A stretch of DNA of 64,000 bases from Vitrella brassicaformis CCMP3155 (Eukaryota; Protista; Chromerida): assembly GCA_001179505.1 (NCBI GenBank), contig CDMY01000470.1, forward strand, positions 1 to 64,000, in the 5' to 3' direction. Position numbers and translations under genes: made by a program. This document shows, in pieces, positions 24,261 through 34,848 of this stretch. The notes beneath the pieces were generated by a model. That model worked only from the letters and a program-made list of their open reading frames with translations. It did no database searches and was not told where the DNA came from. Every line of letters begins with the position of its first letter. The first letter of the stretch is position 1.

Positions 24261-27200
24261 CGTTGAGTGTCATTGCGATGTGTCTCTGTGTGTGTGTGTG
24301 TGTGTGTGTGCTCACGGTGTGGGTACGGCTGAATGATGTGCATTCACATCTGTATACCGGTACGAATACACATGTGGGTGGATGCATCGACCGGGTGGTG
24401 CATTCCGATGCATTCCTCTCACTTTTCTGTCTATCTGACTGAGAATGCATCATGTACACACTCCCTCTCTACGTGGGTGCGTACCTCACGTCGATTCGTC
24501 ACCTCAGCGGCGACAGACCGACGTCCGGAGACCTCAGCGGCGAGGAGAGGACCTCACTCTGGCGATAAGGTCGGCTGCTCTTACGGCCTGGCCTCTCGTG
24601 GCAGAACAGCTTGAAAAACGCCGCGCAAATGACGAAACTGAGCGATCCCTGCCTGCAAGCTCGCAAAAACGACATCGCAACAAACAACGCAGCAGGAGCG
24701 CTAATCATCTCATCTTTGCTTCCCTCCGCCGACATCCATCGCTTTTTGGCAGCCAGAAGGCCATTCTATGCGTCAACTGGCATTGCAGAAGTGCACTGGA
24801 GGCATCTCGGCCGAATCCTCATCATCGCTTGTTTCACTCTGCCGGTGGTGCATCGGCCGCCGACGACACTCACGACGGCCGCTGGAGTGCCCTCGGCCTT
24901 TCACATGACGAGAACCGACGAAAACACGCGAGAGAACTCGACGTCTGAAACACTCACTCACAATCGGTCAGTCAACATCTCATCTGCATCATCTGAGTGC
25001 TTCACTGCTTCCCTGTGCGTCTATTCGCTTCGTCAGATGCTTCACACCGACTGACCGGGGCGACCAAACGCTCTGCGACTGATGCCGCAACATGAGCTTG
25101 AGTCATTCGTTCGTGTGATGCTGACACATGCTGTTCATCAGCCCAACGAAGGGCCGTCCTCATCAACAAAGAGAGGAGGTGTGCAGTACAACGCGGAGAG
25201 TGTGGTGGTCGCGCCAACACAGCCGCACAAGCCGTCGCACGAAGATCCGCAACACTTTAGCTTGCAGGTGAAGAGATGATCGTCGAGGGCTGTTTCCCAG
25301 CTTCCTTGTGTGTGTTTAGGTGTGCTGTGGCGAGGCGAGGGCGTGTCCGTCGTGATCTGCGCCGTCCTACACCCTTCATTCATGTGAGCAAAAGCGTGCG
25401 CAGCGCCACTCGCCGATATCGTGCACCCCCGCATTGTTTTCTCATTGTTCTGGTGTGTGTGTGCACGTGTGCGGCCCGTGGTGCATCCACGTGCATGGGG
25501 GTCGCCACTTTGATGTCACTCAAGGACGCCATCGGCACTTATCGGCACCGCTTTCGGGTTTGATGCGGCTGTCGCATCGCTCTCTCGTTCCTTGAGGCTG
25601 CCGACAAGTCGCTGGGGCTGCGGGAGAGAAGCCCCGGATGCCCTTGATGCATGCGACAATCTTGTTGTGCGGACTGACGGTGGCTCGTCTTATGTGGGGG
25701 GACGGCCTTCGATACGAGGCGATGCTCACTGGCGGCGCGTCGGCTGATTGCTGGGTGGAGAACTCGCTTTCTCAAGTGGCGCTGCGTGTTGGCTGTAATT
25801 GGCTGTGGTGTGAAGGATCTCAAGGCCGCGATGTGTGCCGGAGAAGGCGGCCGATCAGCCTTGCCGCAGCCTCAGCCGCTTGTTGGTCGGCCTGTCTTCC
25901 TGTCGATTTTCGGTCAACAAACCAGTTGGTGTCGATATATGGGAAGGCCGGTGGATTTTCTGATCCGTCACGTTCACATCAGTGCAGCGCCGCTGCGGCA
26001 ATCTGTCGGAAGTCGAGGCATCGGCTGTTTCATGCGGCCCTCTAATCGTGCCAACAGTGCGGAGGGGGGATGGGGAGGGAGGTGGCTGGCGAGTCGGCGG
26101 GGCGACAGCCTTTATTTGCCCGAACATTGGCCGGCATGTCTGGTGTCTGGTTTGCACACTGATTGGCGCGATTTGCTGATTGGCGTTGGTTTCGCTATAT
26201 ACACGTGGAGGGAGGATTCGCTGTCTAATGTGCCTTTTTATGGCTGGTCTCAGGGTCTGTTCCTCCTCTCATTTGCTTGTGGCTGAGTGGAGGACTTGCT
26301 ATTCGAAATGGCCATCTACATGTATGTGGCGAAGAGGTGGCAGGCGAGATGGACTAGTTCTGCTCTTTGAGTGAGGATGGCTGTACACATATGGGAAGGA
26401 AGATTGGGCGGCCTCCGCGTGTGTTCTTAGCAGAGAGACTATGAACTATAAAAAGGATCTCATCCATTTATTTCTGTGGCCGTATATTGGGCTGTTGCGT
26501 GGGATATCGGGCTTCTTGTTCATGGAAGACCGCCTGTTATGATTATGCAGTATCCTGAGGCAATGGACTGATGCCCTGCGCTAATGTCTGTTACTTCACC
26601 TGCCGAAATGTCTGACTGGCGTGTCGCCCTTCTGCTTGCACATCCAGTCAGACACACCGGACATACAACACACATCCTCCAGACGAAATGGACACAGCCG
26701 CGTTTTCCATTGCTTGACGAGCGCATTCGTAATCTACAATCAACTCGAAGAATGGCACGCACACACAAGATCGGTGATACTTCCGGCCAAGCGGCGAGAT
26801 ACTGTACAACTTTCTCGACAGAGAGGCGCGGGCCACACAAAAAAGAAAAAAGAAAAAGATCAGATTGGCCGCCTCGCTCAGCCCATTTCGCCATTGTGAG
26901 GCCTTCGGGCCGTCAAACTGAGAGCGCTCGGGGTTCGTTTTCATCATTTAAGCGTCGGTAAGAAGACGCCAAGTGAGAGCGGCTCATGGGAGGTGCACAA
27001 GACCGACGACAGGTATGCACAGAAGTACAAAGGGAGCGTGCACCTTGAGCAATTCGCACGTATTCACTGTTGAGCAGCCACATCGCCACCGCGTGGGAGC
27101 GGCGGATAGAGCTCGTTTCGGCCTCATTCTGGCGCGGACTTCCTCCAACTGGGGAGCTCTTGGAGGAGCCTCGTCAATGAGCCGCGCTGTTTTGCTACAG

Positions 27201-27934
27201 GAGGTGAAGGCGCGAGGTGACAGAAAGCGCTTTCTGAGGAGGTGAAGGCGGCGAGGTGACAGACCGACGACAGATGAAGGAGCTCTTCACCAGTGTGAGA
27301 ACCGGTCGCCGCTGTAAGGTCTCCATCGTTGAGAAGGCAATTCCCTCTTGTGTCCTCCCCCGCCAAGGAGCTTTTTCGTTGAGAGGCCTTGTCGAAGACG
27401 TGAAGCCGGCAAGACGACGCACACCACGCTGAGAGCAGGCCAGCTGTCCACTGACGACAAGGCCGCCATCCACGTGAGGGCAAAAGGGCGACATGCATCG
27501 GCCTGCGCATCTCTTGCGTCTCTTGTTGATCAGTTCTCAACAATCTCGGCAAAGGCAGCACGTTTTTGCCAGTTTTGCAACCGTGAGGCTGACTGAGGAG
27601 CTGTCGAGGAGCTGACGGCGGCGACAGACGGACGACAGGTGCGCGCACACGTACTCGAGGAGTGTGATTGACGATCAATGAGGTCCTTTGCCTCTGAATC
27701 AGTTCTCATTGCTGCTTTGGCTGGTGTGGGTGAATCTGTTGATGCATGCAGGTCACGTAGTTAGCATGACAAAGTTGGATAAGGACGAGGTCAGTGCGGC
27801 ACACGTGTGTGCGGGTGTCTGTGTTCGTGTGCTGGTGTGCGTGTGTGTTTGTTGGTCGAATGTGGCATGTCGAACACACAATTCGGCAGAAGGAGCACAT
27901 GTGCATGAATCTCTCTCTCTCTCTCTCTCTCTCC

Positions 27935-28790
27935 GGGCGTGTGGATGGCTTGCAGAGCCAGGAGAGCCTGAACATTCGCCGCCACCTGATGGCCGGGACG
28001 CTGGACGCCAACACGCCCACCACGTCCAAGGACTCGGTGAGTGAGCGAGCAATTCAGGGTGGGTGGGNNNNNNNNNNNNNNNNNNNNNNNNNNNNNNNNN
28101 NNNNNNNNNNNNNNNNNNNNNNNNNNNNNNNNNNNNNNNNNNNNNNNNNNNNNNNNNNNNNNNNNNNNNNNNNNNNNNNNNNNNNNNNNNNNNNNNNNNN
28201 NNNNNNNNNNNNNNNNNNNNNNNNNNNNNNNNNNNNNNNNNNNNNNNNNNNNNNNNNNNNNNNNNNNNNNNNNNNNNNNNNNNNNNNNNNNNNNNNNNNN
28301 NNNNNNNNNNNNNNNNNNNNNNNNNNNNNNNNNNNNNNNNNNNNNNNNNNNNNNNNNNNNNNNNNNNCAGGGTGGGTGGGTGGGTGGGTGAGATGAGATG
28401 GGATGAGAGAGATTGGTTCACCGCAGTTCCCTCCCTTCACGGCATACACGCCTCTCTCTCTTCACCTGTGTCTGTGTTGTGCCTCTAGAGTGAGCACCCC
28501 CTCCCCCCTCCCGCTCCCCAGCTCCCCTCCATGCAGTCGCGCATTCGGCACACGGCGGCCCTGCAGTCGCAGCTCGAGCTACTCAACGACACCCTCAACC
28601 TCGAGACGTCCACAGACCATGACATAGACCCCGCGGCTGACGTCACGGCCTCCCCCATCCCCTCGCGCGTCGCCCGATTCGATCTGGCGGCCGACACAGC
28701 TCGCCTTCAGGGCAGCGTCGAGCGGTTCCTGGCCACGAGAGACGAGCTGCAGCAGAGGGAGGACTTGAGGACCGCAGGTGCAGTTTCTGT
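27935..28790 (+). pseudogene. Exon-like fragments of an unknown gene, interrupted by a gap
   Basis: GRVDGLQSQESLNIRRHLMAGTLDANTPTTSKDS is followed by a gtgagt donor. MQSRIRHTAALQSQLELLNDTLNLE...ARLQGSVERFLATRDELQQREDLRT then runs into repeat arm sequence. Confidence 0.35.
28068..28367. other. Assembly gap (300 N)
   Basis: Run of N. Confidence 1.
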
Positions 28791-29599
28791 ACCGCCTCCA
28801 GTGCACTTCTGCAATGCCGGTTGACGCATAGAATGGCCTTCTGGCTGCCAAAAAGCGATGGATGTCGGCGGAGGGAAGCAAACAAGAGATGATTAGCGCT
28901 CCTGCTGCATCGTTTGTCGCGCTGTCGTTTTGCGAGTTTTCAGGCAGGGATCGCTCAGTTTCGTCAGTCGACGGCAAATAAAAGAGTATTGCCGCTGCTG
29001 CCGCTCGTGTGAGGCCTTCGTGCCGTGACAGTGAGGCCTCCGGGCCGTAAAAAAGATTTCGAAGGAGAAGGAGAAGGCGGCGACGACGAATCGGCCACAG
29101 GTACGCACCCACGTAGAGAGGGAGTGTGTACATGATGCATTCTCAGTCAGGTAGACAGAAAAGTGAGAGGGATGCATCAGAATGCACCACTCGGTCGATG
29201 CATCCACCCATCTAGGAAGCGCCAGACGTTTGACGAGACCTTTCTCGCTGTGTGTCGCGCCTAGATAAAGAGGAGGCGAGAAACACGAGAGGGCGTCGAA
29301 GGCCATGAGAAGAGACTCAGGTGCACACCGAGTACATGACACACTCCACTCTGTCAGACAGACAGACAGGGTAGAGGCGGAAAGGCCATGCGCATCGGCC
29401 AGCCTGCTTGGAATCAAGAGAAACATCTCATGTCTCTTGCTGATCAGGTCTTAGCAATCGCTGCTTACATTTAATATTTCGAGACACTTTAACCTACCGA
29501 AGGGAGCGCGGTAAGTCTGAAGAGACATAATACGAACAGGGTGGGCGCTTTTTATTTGTCTCATGATCCCACTCGATGCAGCCTACCAGCCCCACAAAC

Positions 29600-30974
29600 C
29601 ACCGAGGCGCCCAACGACAGCCCCACACTCACCACTGACCACTTCCCGCCACTCCTGCCCACAATCAACAACACCGGCACAACCACCGGCAAGAGGAGCA
29701 GCCGCGGCAGCCTCTCGTCACCAGCCCAACAGCAGCTGCGTCTGGAGATGGGCGCCTACATCAGGGCCCGCGACGACAAGAGGGGGCAGTGTGAGGACGC
29801 CGCCAGCATTCCGGCTGAGGCGGGCGTCATGGTGGTGGCGGACGGCGTGGGAGGCTTTGTGGACGACCACCCTGGCGTCAGTGCACGTGACTTCGCGCGT
29901 GCAGTGACCGTCAAGACCATGGACGAGGCCATGGCCATGGCACCGCTCCGAGACGCCCGCACCAACAGGGCCAAGCAGCTGGTGGAAGAGGGATGGGCCA
30001 AGACAGCCGCCGACCGACACGGCCCGCCTGGCGCCAGCACCATCGCAGTCGCCGCCACCACGCACGACGAGGAGGGCCGGCCGTGTGTGGACGTCGCCGA
30101 TAACGGCGACACTGCGGTGGACCAAAACATCCAAAGTAACCATACGCAAAAGGCGACGTCTCAGAATTTTTACTTGTTTCTCGGTTTGTGTCTCAGATGG
30201 CTGCCTACATTTTATATCCGACAGACATGTGATCTCTCACCGGCTCAGCCTCACACGAGCACTGCCGCGGCGGGGGGCTACGTCAGGCTGTGGATTCCGT
30301 CCGCCAACAGGTAGTCAAGAGGGAGAGACACGTTTGTATAGCATATCCCAGAACAATTCTTGCTCGTGTGTCAGCTGTTGTTCTAGCTATAGCCGCTGCC
30401 ACATACGACGAGGACGGCCAGCCGTGTGTGGACCTCGCCGCATACGGCGACTCGATTATAATGGTCGTCAGCTTCCCCCACCACGGCCCCCCCATCATCG
30501 TGACCGCGCTGGAGCCGATGCATCACCGCAACCAGCTCAACTACCCCTTCCAGCTGCAGCGCATCCCCCGCCGCCGGGCCGCCGACATCCTAATACCACC
30601 ACCGGCCACCCTCAAGCGCCTCACCCGCACTGACCACCGAGCGGAGGATGCCACGGAGGCGACCATCGGGGTTCAGGCTTGTCGGTGCCCTCGAGAGCGG
30701 CGATATTGATATCGCCTGCTCGGACGGGGTCACCGACAACCTGTTCCACCACGAGATCGTCTTCTTCGCCCAGACGTTCCGGAGCCTGCCCGCCGACAGG
30801 CTGGCCGCACATCTTGCGCGGCTGGCGTACCGCAAAAGCAAGAACAAGAGCGAGAAGCTTGACACGCCCTTCCGGCAGATGTGGGAGGCGCACGGCGAGG
30901 AGTGGCTGCAGGGCGGGAAGGAGGACGATATCACGGTGCTGGTGGCCAAGGTGGGGTCGGCGGAGGGGGTCTGA
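29600..30974 (+). pseudogene. PTC7-like PP2C phosphatase, copy A (frameshift at about 30688)
   Basis: Motifs are LEMGAYIRARDDKRGQCEDA, VMVVADGVGG, GPPGASTIAV, DNGDT/AYGDS, YPFQLQ, GDIDIACSDGVTDNL, TPFRQ and GGKEDDITVLVAKV. A 1-nt loss at tgccctcgag (copy B: tgtcccctcgag) breaks the frame. Confidence 0.8.
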
Positions 30975-31276
30975 GGACTAGAGGAGGCGGCCGTCTTTGT
31001 CAGTATCGCTGCTTACATTTTATATCTGTCGTACTTGATTGACCGATCGATGCATTTGTGCGGGTGATGCTGGTGCATGATGGATGAATGAGACATCTTT
31101 CAAGAGACCCCTTGGTGGCGATTCAACGCTCACAGCCTCCATCAGTCAGTGAATGGATAATTGATAATGTGCAGACCGATTCATTGCCACGCACTAAGGA
31201 ACACACAACCATGTCTTACGCCGCGACCATATCCAACTCAGCACGAGCCAGCCACAATACCACACTCTTCACACGT

Positions 31277-32953
31277 CTATTCACATTGTCTCTCTGCATC
31301 AACCGCCTGCATTCGACCTCCACGCCTCCCGCCCCCCTCCCTACCGTCCACTCTGATGGCCAGGCCCTGCTCGACCCCGCTCATCCCATGTGGGCCAAGT
31401 GATGTGTCGTGCAGCAGCCACTGGCCGGGGTCCTTCCACGACAGCAGCGAGCGGTGGGGCCGCTTGAGGATCGAGCGCGTGTCCATGACCCACAGCACAC
31501 GACGAAGGCCCAGCTGGGCCTCCTGGCGGTCATCTGCTACCGGCGCGGCGGAGTGGAGTTGCCGGTCGACGTGAAGGAGGGTGGCCTCGAGGGATCGCTG
31601 GAGCTCGTGCCTCTGGTGCTTGGTCAACGAATCTGCACATGGAAACACCAGGGTGAGTGCTCCCTCATCGTGTTTGGTGTTTGTCTCACCAGTGAGGTTT
31701 GATGCCGCCCTGAAGAGCTGCTCCATCCATGGCGAATCGAACGCACCAGCAATGCGCAACTGAACAAGACAGATCCGTGCATCCGCCACCCCGTCGCTTG
31801 ACGAGTAGGTCAATGTATCGTTTGTGCATGTCCTACTTGTGCGAGTGTCTGCACACAGTCGCTCGCCCTCAGCCGCTCCACCTTGTCATCGATCCGAGTG
31901 TGCAGATCCTTACCCACAGAGCCAGCCTGCACAGGGCAGCAAGCCACACAATACCTCACCAGTCTTCACCCACACCACCCATTGGCTTCCATCTCACCTG
32001 ATGCAGCTGCATCTTGGTCAGCCCATCATACATGAGGCAGAGGTCCCACACAGGGCTGCCCGCAACCCTGTCCACCACCACTAAACGACTCGCCCACCGC
32101 TGCAGCCCCATCTTGCCCCCTTCCTCCCCCTCCACGCACCCGAGGGCGTGCACCAGCCGACACAGAGCACTGCCGTCAAGACGTGACCAGTCCGCAAGAC
32201 ACCCACCAATCAGCAGCCGCAGCTGAGCGTCGGTCAGCGCGTCGACAGCCTTCAGGACAGCGGTCGCCGAGAGAGTTTCCACTAGCTGGTCGGGTGTGAG
32301 GGCCTCAAGTGCGTCGAGAATGAGAGGCACGCAAGTGTGGGGAACAGACGGGGGGACTAGGAAGCCGCTCCAGGCAAGCGAGTGCAGAAGGCTGGCCAGG
32401 GAGGGGGCGTCGAAGTCGCTCGCTGAGCAGGCCAGGCGCTCACACACAGCCTGGAAGAGGGCAGCAGACCTGAACAATACGAATCAGTAACCACAACCAG
32501 AATGAGCGGTGAGCTTCATGCTCTGTGTTTCTGGTCGTGTCATGTGCTGCAGCACCCGTGTGTTCTCCAGTGGGCCAGTATGCGCATCGTGGCGACAACA
32601 TTGGGAGTCGATAGATACATGTGCTCCTCCCGCAGCCGACGCAGCACATGCCGCCAGGCCGCCTTGCTCGGATCTATCTTCCTGCACGTACACCACACGC
32701 GCACACACGCATCCACAAGAGCCATCGTCTGCACTGCAATGCACTCAATGCATTGCATTTCGCCGCACCGCTTCCTGGTGTGTTTGTACCTGTCTGAGAG
32801 CTCCGTGAGTGCCTTGAATGCCTTGGCAGCTGACGTCACTTGAGTCGTTTGCTCGGCCATGTTGATGAATGTGCGGGCGGCGGGCGAGATGCGCCGGGGG
32901 ATGGGAGGGGGCAGGGGGGCGGGCACAGCCACACACCGCACACGACAAGCCAT
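31277..32953 (-). CDS. Multi-exon alpha-helical repeat protein (HPR/OPR/FASTK-like) with Arg-rich transit-peptide-like N-terminus
   Basis: The N-terminus is MACRVRCVAVPAPLPPPIPRRISPAARTF. Repeats include FDAPSLASLLHSLAWSGF, LTPDQLVETLSATAVL, LDGSALCRLVHALGCV and SPVWDLCLMYDGLTKM. GT-AG introns are present. The family assignment is by resemblance only. Confidence 0.5.
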
Positions 32954-34848
32954 GTTATCGACTCAGACACCAGATCTCAGATGATCAAATGAAATCACCC
33001 TGAATGTATATCAGCAGGAAATTGAACGAAGGGGCATCACATCAAACAGACGGCCTCCATACCAAAGGTGGGAGAACTTCGGAGTCCTACAGCTAAAATA
33101 CAACCGGGCCGGGCCTGACGTTTTGGCTGCGTGCTTGTGATCTTGCGTCTCGTGGATCGCACCTTGCCTTCTCAGTTTGCTTTTTCGGCCCAGTGCTGCT
33201 GTACAACACTGCCAAGGGCCTGGCTATCGTCTCCCACACACCTGAATCGCCCATCTGCCTTCCTGGTATGCATGCGTGCGGACACGGAAAGGGAATGAGG
33301 GCACGGAAAGGGACGCATATGTGGGTGTGTTCGTGTGTGGATCCATGCGTCGTCGTTGTGCTGTTGTGGTGTGGTATGGCAGGTTGTTTCTCGCACTCCT
33401 CTGTCGCCTTGCTGTTGCGTTTGGGTGCGCTGTACAACACTCTCTGGTTCGCAAGCGCACACACTGACTGGATGGCTGGCTTGTGTGTGTCCATCGTGTT
33501 GGTGGTGTTGTGTGTGTTGGTGGCAGGTTGGTTTTCGCACCCTCTGTCGTGTCGCTTTTCGTTCGGGTGCACTCTTGCCATCACTCTCTGGTGCGCATCA
33601 AGACAGACAGACAGACAGAGAGGCAGACACATACACCGACCACACACACCAGACTGTCTGTGTGGCTGCCTGGCTGTGCATGCGATGTCCTCAGACGTGC
33701 TTTGCTTTTGCCGGTCGTCTGCGAGTTTGGCAGCGGCAGTTCCCTGCCTTGTCAACGCTCACAGCGCCCATTGGTTGAGCTCGCTGCATGACCGGCACTG
33801 TCTAAGGACTTTCGCGACAGACGTTCATTCATTCAATCGCTCTCGAGTCCCCACGCTTGAGTCAACCTGTGTTGATCTAGACCACCTCCTCCGGATGGTC
33901 TGAGCAGAGCACAAGAAAACCAACTACAGCCTCATCAGAAGCTCGCAGATGGTTTGGAGATCGCAAAAGTGAGAAGGGGTCAGCGTTGCTTCTTCAAGGT
34001 ACGCACAGTCACACTCACACACAGCACACCGAACTCGTGAGCCCAGCCTCAACACACGTCACATTTGACCCGCATGCATGTACGCACACGAGGGACAGAC
34101 GAGTGGGTGAGGGCCACAGGCAGGAAGGCGAGCAAAGGGGCAGAAACGACTCCACAGCGGCCAGCAGGGAGGCAGAAGCACAGGGGCAGCCAGGCCGTCT
34201 CACAGGCGTCACGTGTGTACTGGCAGTCAGGCATTTCGTTGGCACCTGACGAGTTGATCGGTGCATGTGTGTCCATTGGTGGTGTGTTTGGGCTGCGGGC
34301 GTCATGGCGTCTCCCTGTGTGTGTCTGCTTCAGGTGACTCGCCCTCCTTCTGCTGCCCCTCCGACAGACAGCACCCGAGTGAGCAGAGCCCACCTACTGA
34401 GGATGTGAGACCACACCAACAGGACGTCTAGCGGACGGCAATTACTGGTCGATCAACGCCTTTCCCAGCAGACGGCATCCAGCAATCGGACCCATTTTTG
34501 AGCTCCCTCCCTCCCACCCGTAGTAGCATAGCCTGTCGCTTGAAGAGGCACACGTATGCACGTACGTCGTCTGAGTGAGTGAGTGGCGCTCCTCGACCGT
34601 CTGTCCGTCTTCCCCCATCCCGCTTGCCTGCCTTCTTGTTTGAGGACGGCCAACCATCGAACCAGCCCCCTCCCTCCCTCCCTCCCTCCCTCTCGGACGC
34701 ACTCACATAGATGCCCTCTTCCTCACCCACCAAGTGCTGACCTGACCTAGCCGCACCAGAACCACAACCTGCCCGCTTTACTTCGTTGCCTGACTGACTT
34801 ATCTATCTGTCTATCTGTCTATCGCTCACCGCATGTGTTAGTCTCCGA

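Larger units (their letters stand above)
23850..29210. repeat. Patchy inverted repeat arms: 23850-24025 vs 27690-27880, 24373-24483 vs 29100-29210, 24632-24802 vs 28795-28967
   Basis: These are reverse-complement matches read directly. Peptides such as IISSLLPSADIHRFLAARRPFYASTGIAEVHWR appear on opposite strands (24611-25054 + and 28579-29133 -). Confidence 0.85.

Noticed and set aside
27753-28488. ORFs with long X runs (also around 5364-5663 and 15814-16113)
   Set aside because: These are artefacts of translating through N gaps.
23850-29210. Calling the inverted arms a DNA transposon or MITE
   Set aside because: The arms are patchy and reordered, and no terminal inverted repeats with target-site duplication or transposase were seen.
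30195-30240. In-frame TGA shared by PP2C copies A-C as a selenocysteine or readthrough codon
   Set aside because: The copies are recent duplicates, so sharing is uninformative. The codon lies in a probable intron and no SECIS was identified.
29700-30974. Bacterial SpoIIE horizontal transfer as the origin of the PP2C copies
   Set aside because: The motifs (ED, VADGVGG, GST/AST, GDS, PFQL, DGxxDN, GGKxDDIT) fit eukaryotic PTC7-like PPMs, and composition matches the host. A phylogeny would be needed to claim HGT.
33190-33600. Degenerate ~145-bp direct repeat (33378-33430 vs 33522-33570) as a gene
   Set aside because: It is short and divergent with no coherent spliced ORF, and is probably local duplication debris.
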